Shown: positions 50,022-59,809, numbered from the stretch's first letter. The stretch: 64,000 nucleotides of DNA from Salinispira sp. (GCA_965602015.1 OZ271918.1:288001-352000); one strand, 5' to 3'. The notes: a model not told the origin generated them from the sequence alone. A program made the numbers and translations.

Positions 50022-50298
50022 ATGGCGAAAGAACTAACGGAGCATTAGACTTGTGTATGGATAGCCGTTGGCATAGAGGCGATAGACTCGGCTGCCCGAA
50101 GATGAAAGACCGGACATTTCGCCGTATGTTGTTACGCAGCTGATTCCGGCGTGTTATATGTCATGTCTGGTCAGTACAGGCGCCGATTACCGGCGCATTT
50201 GGACCAGACCGCCGGAAAACAGCGGAACCGGCGATATATTTTTACTACCAGGAAACCAATCCCCTGCGGGATCGCCGGGGAATCATCAGGAGAGATGA

Positions 50299-51033
50299 AT
50301 GAAAAAATCCAGGATAATGCTCATCGTGCTCATTGCCTTGCTTCTTCTGCCGGTCACCGGCCTGTTCGCTCAGCGAGGCGGATCAATCGGCGGTTCGGCA
50401 CCGGCCAGCTTCACCCTGAGGGTAAACGTCAATGTCGACAACGCGGCAATTTTTATCAACGGCACACGCCAACGGGGCAACGCCTTCGAACTCGCCCCTG
50501 GCACCTACCAGCTCCGGGTCAGCGCTCCGAATTACCTGGACTATGCGGCGAATATCCAACTCAATGGAAACCGCACGGTTAGTGTCAATCTCGAGCCGTC
50601 ATTGGCAACCCTCACAGTCCGGACAAATGTGGCTACAGCCCTGATCTATGTAAACGATGTGCTTCAAAACTCCCCGCGTATGGTTCTCCCCCTGGGAACC
50701 CACGTCATTCGGATCGCCGCCCCGGGTCATCAGCAGTATATCCAGACCATCAATCTCACTCAGGATCAGAGGCTTGCTATTGAGCTGACCCCCCTGTTTG
50801 GCTATCTTACCGTCGAGTTGCCCCCGATAATTCGGCGTTTTACCCTCACGATCGACGATCTCCAGATAACCGAACGGGACCTGCTGGAGAACATCGAACT
50901 GTTGCCCGGCGAGTATGTGCTCCAGCTCGACATCGGCGGCCTGGTCGGCATGATGGAACTTGATGTGGTAGCTAACAGAAGACAAACCATCGAACCGGTC
51001 ATGAACTTCCGCTTCCTCACCAATGCTCAGTAG
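50299..51033 (+). CDS. PEGA-domain exported protein
   Basis: Signal peptide; repeated L.V..NV..A.I.IN...L..G.Y.L.V.AP.Y units. Confidence 0.8.
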   Translation: MKKSRIMLIVLIALLLLPVTGLFAQRGGSIGGSAPASFTLRVNVNVDNAAIFINGTRQRGNAFELAPGTYQLRVSAPNYLDYAANIQLNGNRTVSVNLEPSLATLTVRTNVATALIYVNDVLQNSPRMVLPLGTHVIRIAAPGHQQYIQTINLTQDQRLAIELTPLFGYLTVELPPIIRRFTLTIDDLQITERDLLENIELLPGEYVLQLDIGGLVGMMELDVVANRRQTIEPVMNFRFLTNAQ

Positions 51034-51079
51034 CGTATTTTCATAGCCGCCGGAACATGTCTTAAGGCGTTGAATGTTC

Positions 51080-51107
51080 AACCCGCGCCAAGCGCGCGGG
51101 TTTTTTT
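51080..51107 (+). terminator. Rho-independent terminator between convergent genes
   Basis: AACCCGCGC-caagc-GCGCGGGTT followed by a T run. Confidence 0.8.
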
Positions 51108-51435
51108 ATGCCATTACCTGAAGAAGAATCATATAAAATGCGGTACCGCCGATGATGCTGAGCAGGTGATGCCGTGCTGCCAGGTGAAGGGCCGCAGTAA
51201 AAGCTACGGAAACCCAGGGTATCCATATCGCCGGATTGGTCACCACTGGAGAAATCGGCAAGCTGGTGAACACCAAAACCACCATAACCGCCCCCGGTAT
51301 AAGCCGTGCGGCACGGATGAGACGTTCAGGCGGCGGCTTTCTTGCAAACAATAAAAAGGGGAAGGCCCTGGTCAATACTGTCGCAGCGGCCATGGCGAGC
51401 ACGGCGCCGCCAATGTAAAAAAGAGTATCGCTCAT
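51106..51435 (-). CDS. azlD: Branched-chain amino acid exporter small subunit
   Basis: T.LTRAFPFLLF, IPGAVMVVLV, LLSIIGGTAFYM; follows azlC. Confidence 0.85.
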   Translation of the reverse strand: MSDTLFYIGGAVLAMAAATVLTRAFPFLLFARKPPPERLIRAARLIPGAVMVVLVFTSLPISPVVTNPAIWIPWVSVAFTAALHLAARHHLLSIIGGTAFYMILLQVMA

Positions 51436-52144
51436 GGTTTTCTCTCCTGAACCGGGAAGTCAATCGCAGGAAAACAAACATTGCGGCAGTAGACAGCAGA
51501 ATGCCGACGAGCAGGGCCTGATCCCCCAGTCCCGCAGCATATGCGCCGATGCAAATGATCAGGGCAGTGATAAACGGCCCGGGGCGTTTTAGGGTTCTCA
51601 TTTGCTCCACCAGTAAAACGGTGAACAAGGCGGTCATTGAAAACTCAATTCCCGCCGCATCCCAGGAAATCATCGAACCGAAAAGCGCGCCGAGACTGCT
51701 TCCCGTCACCCAGTAGCTTTGATTGAGGGCGGTGACGAAAAAATCGAAACGTTCAGGGTCGGTGCCGATAGGAGGATCGATGGTGGTCAGCAGGCCGTAT
51801 GTTTCATCGGTGAGGCCGAACACGAGATACGCCCGGAATCGCGTAAAGCCCCGGTAGCGATCCAACAGGCTGAGTCCGTAGACCATATGTCTGGCGTTTA
51901 TGAATAAAACGGCGAGAAACATTTCCCCTATGCTCCTGCCGGCGGCCAGCATTCCCACCGACAGGAATTGCGCCGCGCCGGCAAAAATCAGCAAACCGCT
52001 CACCGGTGCCCAGTACCAGGCAAACCCGGCTTTCACCAACAGGAACCCATATGCAAATCCGATGGACAGATATCCGAACAGAACAGGAATGCTGGTTATA
52101 AATGCCGCCCGGAAACTCCGGTCGGAGTTTTTATTCTCAGTCAT
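51326..52144 (-). CDS. azlC: Branched-chain amino acid exporter permease
   Basis: SIPVLFGY..IG.AYG, FAGAAQF, NARHMVYG, LTDETY, GIEFSMTALF. Confidence 0.9.
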   Translation of the reverse strand: MTENKNSDRSFRAAFITSIPVLFGYLSIGFAYGFLLVKAGFAWYWAPVSGLLIFAGAAQFLSVGMLAAGRSIGEMFLAVLFINARHMVYGLSLLDRYRGFTRFRAYLVFGLTDETYGLLTTIDPPIGTDPERFDFFVTALNQSYWVTGSSLGALFGSMISWDAAGIEFSMTALFTVLLVEQMRTLKRPGPFITALIICIGAYAAGLGDQALLVGILLSTAAMFVFLRLTSRFRRENHERYSFLHWRRRARHGRCDSIDQGLPLFIVCKKAAA

Positions 52145-52285
52145 GGGCAGATAATACCGGGTCCCACTGCGCTAAGCAATGAAGTCGAAAATTCCCATGC
52201 CTCTGTTGTGCTTGTAAATTCGCCCCGCCGGGCCCATAATGAACCGTTGTTCAATAATATAACTACTGCAATAAAGAAGGATGCG

Positions 52286-54220
52286 ATGGAATACGAAAAG
52301 CGAACCATACCTCAACAATTGATTTTAAGTTCGGAAAAATGGCCCGAAGCGGTCGCCCAATTCAGCAAAGACAGCTCCGGGGATTTTCATCCCACCAGCT
52401 TTCCGCAATTAGTAGAGGAAATGTATATCACTGCGGCGGGCTTCCACGAAATCGGAATCGGAAGGGGTGACCTGGTTGGTCTGATATCGGAGAACCGCAA
52501 GGAATGGCTCCTGGCAGATCTGGGATTGCTTGCCCTGGGAGCTGCCGATGTACCCCGGGGAAACGACACCATGCCGGACGAACTGATCTACATCCTCAAA
52601 ACCGTAGAAGCTTGTGCTGCCATTTTCGAAAATGCCTCTCAACTTAATAAGGTGTTGTCCCGGGTAGGAGAAGTACCGGCTTTGAAAACCTGGATACTCC
52701 TTGATCCGCCGCCGTCTGACGCCGCGGAGGGTCTGGACGATATTACAAGCCGCCTGCCTGAAAGCTCGAAACTTTTAACCTTTGACAAGATACGTGTGGC
52801 CGGAAAAAATGCTATCGAGACACACCGTGAAATGCTCATTGGCCGGGTTGAAGCTGCACAGCCCGAGGAGCTGGCCACCATTATCTTTACATCGGGAACC
52901 ACCGGAGAACCGAAGGGCGTAATGATCAGTCACTGGAACTTCCTTGTCCAGGCCTTGTTTATCGACAATAAAATTGGAATCTCTCCGGGGGACACCTGGT
53001 TGTGCGTGCTACCGGTCTGGCACAGTTTTGAGAGGGTTATGCAGTATATTTCTGTGGCCAACGGCACGGCCCTGGCTTACTCAAAACCCGTCGGTCCGAT
53101 AATGCTTGCGGATTTTGCCAAGGTCAAACCGACGTGGATGGCCTCGGTTCCCCGCATCTGGGAAAGTCTCCAGGCTGGTATTTACAAGAATCTCAAAACC
53201 AAGGGCGGGGCCAGTTGGGCGCTTTTCCGCTTCTTTGTTGCGGTAGGCGGGGCGTTTAAACACCAGGAGGCCCTGGTTCGCGGTTTGCTTCCCCGTTTTA
53301 CCAAAAGAAGCCGGGTGCTGGATTTTCTCCGCGGGGTAATTCCATGGCTTCTATTGCTGCCGCTCCATGCCCTTGGCAATGCCCTGGTTTTTAGCAAGAT
53401 CCGGGGGCGGTTGGGCGGCCGCTTTGTCGCGGGCATCTCCGGTGGCGGCGCGCTGCCGGGGTACATCGATAAATTCTTTAGCGCCGCAGGTATTCTGTTG
53501 TTGGAAGGATACGGATTGACCGAAACATCCCCTGTTATTTCCGTCCGCACCCAGTGGAAACCGGTGCAGGGAACCATCGGTTCGCCGCTTCGGTACACCG
53601 AAGCTCAGGTCCGTGATGATGAGGGCTACGTGCTTCCCCCGGGGCAAAAAGGGGTCCTTTGGGTCCGGGGAATGCAGCGGATGATGGGCTATTTCAAGCG
53701 CGATGATTTAACCGAAGCGATAATCGATGGGGAGAACTGGCTTAACACCGGGGATTTGGCTGAAATGACCTACGACGGGGAAATCGCCATAAGAGGCCGA
53801 GCAAAGGACACCGTAGTTCTGCTGGGCGGTGAAAACATTGAGCCGACGCCGATTGAAGCCCGGCTGCGGTCGAGCATGTATATCGATCAGGCTGTGGTTG
53901 TGGGACAGGACCAGAAATTCCTCGGAGCGCTCATTGTTCCAGAGAAGGAGAATGTCAGCATATGGGCCAGGGAGAACGGCCTGAATCCCGATGATTGGGA
54001 GGCATTCTGCGCAAGTGAAGACCTGAGAGGGCTCATTCGCCAGGAAATCGCCGAAGCTGTGAGCAGTAAGAACGGGTTTCGCACCTGGGAGCAGATTTCC
54101 CGATTTACCCTGCTTTGCGAACCCTTTGAAGTCGGAGCCGAACTGTCGGGAAAACAAGACTTGAAGCGGCACTATATCGACGGAAAATATGCCGATCAGA
54201 TTTCCGCGCTGTTTAAATAG
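52286..54220 (+). CDS. Long-chain fatty acid--CoA ligase (AMP-dependent synthetase)
   Basis: IIFTSGTTGEPKGVM, EGYGLTETSP, WLNTGDL, GRAKD...GENIEP. Start MEYEK at 52286. Confidence 0.92.
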   Translation: MEYEKRTIPQQLILSSEKWPEAVAQFSKDSSGDFHPTSFPQLVEEMYITAAGFHEIGIGRGDLVGLISENRKEWLLADLGLLALGAADVPRGNDTMPDELIYILKTVEACAAIFENASQLNKVLSRVGEVPALKTWILLDPPPSDAAEGLDDITSRLPESSKLLTFDKIRVAGKNAIETHREMLIGRVEAAQPEELATIIFTSGTTGEPKGVMISHWNFLVQALFIDNKIGISPGDTWLCVLPVWHSFERVMQYISVANGTALAYSKPVGPIMLADFAKVKPTWMASVPRIWESLQAGIYKNLKTKGGASWALFRFFVAVGGAFKHQEALVRGLLPRFTKRSRVLDFLRGVIPWLLLLPLHALGNALVFSKIRGRLGGRFVAGISGGGALPGYIDKFFSAAGILLLEGYGLTETSPVISVRTQWKPVQGTIGSPLRYTEAQVRDDEGYVLPPGQKGVLWVRGMQRMMGYFKRDDLTEAIIDGENWLNTGDLAEMTYDGEIAIRGRAKDTVVLLGGENIEPTPIEARLRSSMYIDQAVVVGQDQKFLGALIVPEKENVSIWARENGLNPDDWEAFCASEDLRGLIRQEIAEAVSSKNGFRTWEQISRFTLLCEPFEVGAELSGKQDLKRHYIDGKYADQISALFK

Positions 54221-54242
54221 GTGTTCGCTTTTACTTGCCGTT

Positions 54243-54273
54243 TGGGCTCCTGCGAAGTATCCGCGGGAGCCCA
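54243..54273. terminator. GC-rich hairpin between convergent genes (possible terminator)
   Basis: TGGGCTCCTGCG...CGCGGGAGCCCA stem. Confidence 0.5.
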
Positions 54274-54293
54274 CAGGCTTAGTGTAGATTGAA

Positions 54294-54313
54294 CTGCCCC
54301 GAAAACAGCTGAT
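54294..54313 (+). repeat. Degenerate solo copy of the 20-bp repeat
   Basis: CTGCCCCGAAAACAGCTGAT, 18/20 match to the consensus. Confidence 0.82.
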
Positions 54314-54422
54314 TTTCTGGTGGTAAAACACCATGCGAGAATGATAAACCTAGTTTTTCGACTTTACGCGCAGTAGACTGGGTGTAATTCCTATCTCAAT
54401 TGCCGGTATCTACATATTGAAC

Positions 54423-55130
54423 TTACCGAAAGATTTCCACATCGAAATTTAAAATGATTCTTTCTGCAAACAATCGGTAGGCTTCGCCTGAAGGATGAAG
54501 GCCATCATCTGCGATCAGTTCCGGGTTAGTTATTCCGCGTCTGGTGATGTCGGTAATCTCAAAAAAGGCAATGCCACGGTTTTCCACGTAGGTTTTCATC
54601 CAACTGTTGTACGCATTTAGCTCATGTTCAATAGCGGCGCGCTCCTGGGGATCGATACGGCTTCCGTACGCTGTGTATCCATAATCCGGAATGGAGAGCA
54701 CGAATACCCGTTCTGCCTGTCCTTCGGTAAACTCTAAGGCTCTGTCTATGAGCTCCGGGACATCGGACGTATACCGGGAAAAATCATAGCCCCGAAATTG
54801 GTTGTTCACTCCGATCAGCAGGGAGACAAGATCATAGCTTTGCCGGTCTGTAGCGGTGTTCCGTAAAGATGAGATCAATTCATCGCTTGTCCACCCGGTG
54901 CGGGCTCGATACTCCACCACTATGCTTCGGGAAAGCCGGGTCTCCAACGACCCAGCAAACTGTTCAGGCCATCGTTCTTCCGGTGAAACCGATTGGCCAA
55001 TGGTATACGAGTCTCCCAGCGCCAGGTAATGGACTTCGTCACTCGGAGCCTGCGGCAGGGCTGATGTGCAGGCCGAAAAAAAACCGGCGCAGCACAAGAT
55101 CAGAATTAGCATTCGCGACACAGATTTCAT
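54423..55130 (-). CDS. SGNH/GDSL hydrolase lipoprotein
   Basis: FSAC lipobox; LALGDSYTIG, GWT, LIGVNNQ, DGLHPS. Confidence 0.9.
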   Translation of the reverse strand: MKSVSRMLILILCCAGFFSACTSALPQAPSDEVHYLALGDSYTIGQSVSPEERWPEQFAGSLETRLSRSIVVEYRARTGWTSDELISSLRNTATDRQSYDLVSLLIGVNNQFRGYDFSRYTSDVPELIDRALEFTEGQAERVFVLSIPDYGYTAYGSRIDPQERAAIEHELNAYNSWMKTYVENRGIAFFEITDITRRGITNPELIADDGLHPSGEAYRLFAERIILNFDVEIFR

Positions 55131-55175
55131 GAATCAAAGATAGGGATTTTTTTGTCCTTCGTGGTCATTCATCTC

Positions 55176-55205
55176 TTGATTTACTGTTTGCCGTAGATAT
55201 ATGAT
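55176..55205 (+). promoter_or_regulatory. Putative sigma70 promoter
   Basis: TTGATT-N18-TATGAT upstream of the small ORF and rsgA. Confidence 0.45.
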
Positions 55206-55232
55206 ATCACATCAAAACCCGAGGAGGTCTGT

Positions 55233-55286
55233 ATGAAAGAGCTTGTTCTCTACCATCGCCCTGTTCGGGGTCTGCTAGCAGGCTAA
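55233..55286 (+). CDS. Putative 17-aa leader peptide MKELVLYHRPVRGLLAG
   Basis: Strong GAGGAGG RBS at 55221-55227, ATG 55233, TAA 55284-55286, 85 bp upstream of rsgA. Confidence 0.5.
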   Translation: MKELVLYHRPVRGLLAG

Positions 55287-55371
55287 TCCCTTCCTGTACA
55301 CTTCCTGAACAGCGCGATTATCTCACGTATGTAAGTAACAACAGATATCGACTGGATTTCAGGAGAAACCA

Positions 55372-56586
55372 TTGAATAACGCAATTATTTCCGCTGATCC
55401 CCGCATTTTGGCCATGTGGGAAAGCTGGATTGAAGAGCAGGGCGAGAGCACGGGTTTTATGCTCGCCCGCATCACTGAGCAAAACCATCATCTCTATACC
55501 TGTCTGGAGCCTGAGGGGCAGAAAATCCGCGTCCGGATTTCCGGAGGGTATGAGTCCCGGGGGAGAAACCGGGACGAGTACCCCGTGGTCGGCGATTGGG
55601 TGGCAGTCAGTATTCCCAAAACGCAGGACAGCCAAACAGATGAAGCCGCAGGCCTTATTTCCCACGTGCTTCCCCGAAGTAGTTCGTTAAGCCGGGCTGC
55701 CGCCGGAATCAAAACAGAAAAGCAGATTATCGTCTCAAACATCGATTATGTCCTGCTGGTCTTCGGCCTTGACGGGGGGCGAAACTTCCTCGAATCCATG
55801 CTTGAGCGCAGTCTCACGGCCGCGTGGAACTCCGGTGCCAAACCGGTGATTGTCCTCAATAAAGCCGACGCGGCATCCCCGGAAGACCGGGATAAAGCCC
55901 GAGCTGCCGCCGAGGGGATCGCCTTCGGAGTTCCGGTCTTCGTGGTAAGCGCTCATAGTATGGAGGGCATGGAGGATCTTGCTGCGGAAATCGCCGGAAA
56001 GGGGCAGTACCCGCCGCTCATCGCCATGCTGGGAAAAAGCGGCGTCGGCAAGTCCGCGCTGGTAAATGCCCTGCACCGTATTGATCGCGGGGACCGGCAA
56101 AGCATTGGTGGCGGTGAACCCGCATCCGCAAGCCCGTTCGCCCCATCGGTTACACACTCCGGCGCCTCGCGGGTTGCAGCAGAGGGAGCCCAGCGCAAAG
56201 GTGATAACCAGGGAAGGCATACCACCACCGCCAGCCGGCTCTATCCCCTGCCGTTTGGCCCGTGGATCGCCGATGTGCCGGGCCTTCGCGAGCTGAAGAT
56301 TTGGGGTGATGAGGATGATCTTGCTCAGGTTTTTCCCGAAATCGTTGAGCTTGCGGAGCAATGCCGTTTCCGGGACTGCCGTCATGATGCAGAGCCGGGC
56401 TGCGCTGTCCGCCAGGCCATGGAAGCCGGCGAACTCGATCCCCGGAGATTCGAATCATGGCAAAAGCTGCAGAAAGAGCTGGCCTATCTCGACCGACGAA
56501 ATAATGAGCAGGCAATTCGCGCGGAACGGGACAAATGGAAGGCCATCAATAAAAGCATGCGCAATTTTAGAAAACCGGGGCGTTGA
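55372..56586 (+). CDS. rsgA: Ribosome small subunit-dependent GTPase A (long form)
   Basis: PVVGDWV, VLNKAD, GKSGVGKS, GRHTTT, DVPGLRE, CRFRDCRH..EPGCAV. Confidence 0.92.
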   Translation: MNNAIISADPRILAMWESWIEEQGESTGFMLARITEQNHHLYTCLEPEGQKIRVRISGGYESRGRNRDEYPVVGDWVAVSIPKTQDSQTDEAAGLISHVLPRSSSLSRAAAGIKTEKQIIVSNIDYVLLVFGLDGGRNFLESMLERSLTAAWNSGAKPVIVLNKADAASPEDRDKARAAAEGIAFGVPVFVVSAHSMEGMEDLAAEIAGKGQYPPLIAMLGKSGVGKSALVNALHRIDRGDRQSIGGGEPASASPFAPSVTHSGASRVAAEGAQRKGDNQGRHTTTASRLYPLPFGPWIADVPGLRELKIWGDEDDLAQVFPEIVELAEQCRFRDCRHDAEPGCAVRQAMEAGELDPRRFESWQKLQKELAYLDRRNNEQAIRAERDKWKAINKSMRNFRKPGR

Positions 56587-56698
56587 GCGCTGTCTGATGA
56601 GCTGACAAACACTTCATAAAAAACCTGGTTTTGATTCGGCTGTTAACTTGATTTTATGGCATAATAGCTGTGAACCATGCGGTTACTATGGAGGTAAT

Positions 56699-57175
56699 AT
56701 GGAGAAGGATGAAAAACTCAAAGCACATAAATATTTCTCGGCCCAGTGCTTCAACCGGATCTGGGAGCTGATGGAGAATCCCCAACGGGGGGACGCGGAG
56801 AACCAGGAAATGCTCAGGCTCGCATTTAGTTCTTATTGGCACTGGACCTGCCGAGATGACGTGGACGACACCAAGATTTCTGTGGCCTTATGGATGAATG
56901 CCCGGGTTGCCGCGGTAATCGGAATGGGTGAGCTGGCTCTTGATCAGGCGAAACGATGCCTTGAAATCAGCAGCAATGAAGGTATTCCCCCGTTCTATCT
57001 GGGCTATGCCCATGAAGCACTGGCCCGGGCCCATCAGGTCAGGGGCGAAAGCCAGGAAGCCTCAATGCAGCTCCAGGCTGCAGATGCGGTGCTCGCGTCT
57101 ATGCCCGACAATGATGAAAAGTCCTGGCTCGCTGCTGATCTGTCGGAACTCAAAAAGCTTCCCGCCGATTCCTGA
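56699..57175 (+). CDS. Conserved hypothetical helical protein
   Basis: GGAGG RBS; FN..WEL....R...EM...A..S.WHW...YAHEALARA pattern; translationally coupled to the next gene. Confidence 0.7.
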   Translation: MEKDEKLKAHKYFSAQCFNRIWELMENPQRGDAENQEMLRLAFSSYWHWTCRDDVDDTKISVALWMNARVAAVIGMGELALDQAKRCLEISSNEGIPPFYLGYAHEALARAHQVRGESQEASMQLQAADAVLASMPDNDEKSWLAADLSELKKLPADS

Positions 57176-57726
57176 TGGAAGAATTTGTCGAACTCTGCGG
57201 TTCTGATAGTGAGCTGCGCCGAAGCGCCGCCGAAATCCTTACCGAGAGCTTCACCGCTCTTGGGGTCCCGGCATGGCCGGATATTGAGTCGGCAATAAAG
57301 GAAGTCAAAGACTGCTGCTCAAATTCCCGGATGGTTATCGGCCTGGTAATCGATGGACGCCTTGCCGGCTGGGGTGGGCTTCAAAGCATGTACGGCGACG
57401 TCACCTGGGAGCTTCATCCTCTGGTTGTAGACCGTGAAATGCGCGGGCGAAGAGTCGGGGCGAAACTGCTCTGTGAACTTGAACGCCGCGCCCGAAGGGC
57501 AGGGGTTGCCAATATCGCCCTGGGTACTGATGATGAGTACCACGGAACCAGTCTCTCGGATTTCGATCCGACGGTCGATGATCTCGGCCAAGCGATAAAA
57601 AGCATCTCGAATAGGGCGAATCACCCGTTCGAGTTCTATCAAAAGCAGGGATACCGTATTGTTGGAATCATTCCCCACGCCAACGGCCGGGGAAAACCGG
57701 ATATCATTATGTGGAAGGCCTTGTAG
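57175..57726 (+). CDS. GNAT acetyltransferase of the aminoglycoside 6'-N-acetyltransferase AAC(6')-Ia/Ii-like family
   Basis: GWGGL..MYG.VTWELHPLVV, LGTDDE...TSLS, HPFEFYQKQGY.IVGIIP.ANG..KPDIIM.K. Confidence 0.78.
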   Translation: MEEFVELCGSDSELRRSAAEILTESFTALGVPAWPDIESAIKEVKDCCSNSRMVIGLVIDGRLAGWGGLQSMYGDVTWELHPLVVDREMRGRRVGAKLLCELERRARRAGVANIALGTDDEYHGTSLSDFDPTVDDLGQAIKSISNRANHPFEFYQKQGYRIVGIIPHANGRGKPDIIMWKAL

Positions 57727-57755
57727 CAGATTGTAAAATATTGGGGAGGCTGTTT

Positions 57756-59372
57756 ATGGCGTCAATTTTAAATCCCGCAACCGGAGAGACCGTAGCGGAG
57801 CAAATCACCCACGATTCCTCTTTGGTCAAGGAGGCGGTTAGCCGCGGAAAAGCTGTACAGCCCGGCTGGTCCGGCCTGGAGTTCCGAGGCCGCCGAAAGA
57901 TTATCCGCAAGGCCGCCATCATCATAAGCCGGCGTAGCGATGAACTTTCACGCATGATCTCAAGGCTTACGGGGAAGACCCCAGTGGATGCCCTGGCGAC
58001 CGAAGTTTTGCCATCGGTGCTCTCTGCTTCATACTACGCGAAAAGCGCAGAAAAATCCCTGCGTTCCGAACGGGTACCGGGCAGCAGCATCATCTTTTTT
58101 AATAAGCGCTCCCGCCTGTTTCGGGAGCCCATTGGTGTAGTCGGCATTATCAGCCCCTGGAATTACCCCTGGTCCATCCCTTTCCAGGAGGTGGTTATGG
58201 CCCTGATGGCTGGAAATGCGGTGATCCTCAAAGTTGCCACCCAATGCCAGCCCCTTGGAGATCTCATGGCGGAAATTCTCTACGATGCGGGCATCCCCCG
58301 TGATCTCTTCGCCGTGCTTCACATCTCGGGCCGAGAAGCCGGCTCGGCCTTTATTGGTTCGGGGATCGGTAAACTCTTTTTTACCGGCTCGGTTGAAGTC
58401 GGCAAAAAACTGGCCGAAGAAGCCGGGCGGGTTCTGCTTCCAGTTTCCCTGGAACTGGGGGGTAATGACGCAATGATCGTCTGCGAAGATGCCAATATCG
58501 AGCGGGCTGTGAACGGGGCAATGTGGGCGGGACTATCGAACTGCGGCCAGTCCTGCGGCGGGGCTGAGAGGATTTATGTCCATGCCTCGCGCTATGAGGA
58601 ATTTGCATCAACCCTGGCCCGGCGGATTCGCTCCCTCCGCCACTACCGGCCCGGCCTCGAGGATCCCTACGCCTATGAGCAGGGCAGTCTGACTACTGAG
58701 AAACAGCGGGAAGGCGTCAAAGCCCATGTCAGCCAGGCCGTGGCGAAAGGCGCCCGCATATCGGCACAGAGCGGGCTCGGCGACAGAACCTCGGATGGCC
58801 ATAAGAACGCCGCGGCGGGCAATCTCACAAACATGCCGGGATTCGCTCATCCGGCGGTGCTGCTGGAAAACGTCACCCATGAAATGGATGTTCAGCTTCA
58901 TGAAACCTTCGGTCCCGTACTCACCCTGACTCCCTTTGCCGATGACCGTGAGGCAGTCCGTTTGGCGAATGATTCATACCTGGGGCTCACCGCATCGGTA
59001 TGGACAAAAAGCCGGAAACGGGCCGACCGGTTGGCCTCCGCGCTGGAGGCCGGGGCGGTAACGGTCAACGATCACCTCATGAGCCATGGCCTTCCGGAAA
59101 CTCCCTGGGGAGGGTACAAGCAGTCGGCCATAGGACGATCGCACTCCAAACTCGGGTTTTACGAAATGACCCAACCCAAGGTCGTTGTTAAGGACATCCT
59201 GGATTTTGCTCCCCGACAGATGTGGTGGTTTCCTTATGATGGGGATTTGTATCGCGGACTACAATCAGTTTTGACCCTGTTGCACGGTCCCCGACGATTG
59301 GCATCGGCGCTTCGCCTGCTGAAAACATTTACGAGGATGTTTAAAAAACCGAAGGAGATAGACCATGCTTAA
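57756..59372 (+). CDS. Aldehyde dehydrogenase family protein
   Basis: ISPWNYP, FTGSVEVG, LELGGND, GQSC, ETFGP, PWGGYKQSAIGR. Confidence 0.93.
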   Translation: MASILNPATGETVAEQITHDSSLVKEAVSRGKAVQPGWSGLEFRGRRKIIRKAAIIISRRSDELSRMISRLTGKTPVDALATEVLPSVLSASYYAKSAEKSLRSERVPGSSIIFFNKRSRLFREPIGVVGIISPWNYPWSIPFQEVVMALMAGNAVILKVATQCQPLGDLMAEILYDAGIPRDLFAVLHISGREAGSAFIGSGIGKLFFTGSVEVGKKLAEEAGRVLLPVSLELGGNDAMIVCEDANIERAVNGAMWAGLSNCGQSCGGAERIYVHASRYEEFASTLARRIRSLRHYRPGLEDPYAYEQGSLTTEKQREGVKAHVSQAVAKGARISAQSGLGDRTSDGHKNAAAGNLTNMPGFAHPAVLLENVTHEMDVQLHETFGPVLTLTPFADDREAVRLANDSYLGLTASVWTKSRKRADRLASALEAGAVTVNDHLMSHGLPETPWGGYKQSAIGRSHSKLGFYEMTQPKVVVKDILDFAPRQMWWFPYDGDLYRGLQSVLTLLHGPRRLASALRLLKTFTRMFKKPKEIDHA

Positions 59373-59772
59373 CCTGGGAACTCCAGCCCTGCTGTTTCCC
59401 GCCTTGAGTCTGCTGCTCCTGGCGTATACAAACCGCTTCCTCACCCTGGCGGACCTAATCCGCAAACTCCACGATCAGTTAAAATCCGGGGGGCCGGGAC
59501 AGCTCATAGCCCAGATTCGCAATTTGCAAAAGCGCATTCGGCTCATCAAGTCTATGCAAATATTCGGAGTGCTCTCTCTGCTCCTCTGTGTAATTACCAT
59601 GTTCCTGGTATTTTTCGGCGCAGTATTCGCTTCGGAACTCTTATTCGCCATGAGTCTTATTTCAATGATAATTTCCCTGACCCAGTCGCTGAGGGAACTG
59701 AGCATATCGGTCGATGCCCTCAGCGTTCAGCTCGAGGATCTCGAGGAAGGCTGCAGCGATAAAAACGGCTGA
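59365..59772 (+). CDS. DUF2721 membrane protein
   Basis: TPALLFPA.SLLLLAYTNRFL.LA.LIR motif. Confidence 0.8.
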   Translation: MLNLGTPALLFPALSLLLLAYTNRFLTLADLIRKLHDQLKSGGPGQLIAQIRNLQKRIRLIKSMQIFGVLSLLLCVITMFLVFFGAVFASELLFAMSLISMIISLTQSLRELSISVDALSVQLEDLEEGCSDKNG

Positions 59773-59809
59773 GGCATTTATCACTCCCTGCGGCGGGACG
59801 TTCAGGAAA

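Noticed and set aside
50137..50145. CAGCTGATT, the inner half of the repeat
   Set aside because: 9 bp only, and the GTGCCCCCAAAA half is absent.
51326..51435. 110-bp azlC/azlD overlap as a frameshift or recoding signal
   Set aside because: Both genes are intact; most simply a C-terminal run-on with no slippery-site evidence.
51968..52285. N-terminal extension of the acyl-CoA ligase ORF
   Set aside because: It overlaps divergent azlC and has no family-like sequence; the start at 52286 has an RBS-like AAGGA.
8120..54313. 20-bp repeat with unique intervening sequences as a CRISPR array or integron attC sites
   Set aside because: Copies are dispersed and inverted rather than tandem direct repeats. 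No cas genes or integron integrase are present, and there are no RYYYAAC/GTTRRRY cores.
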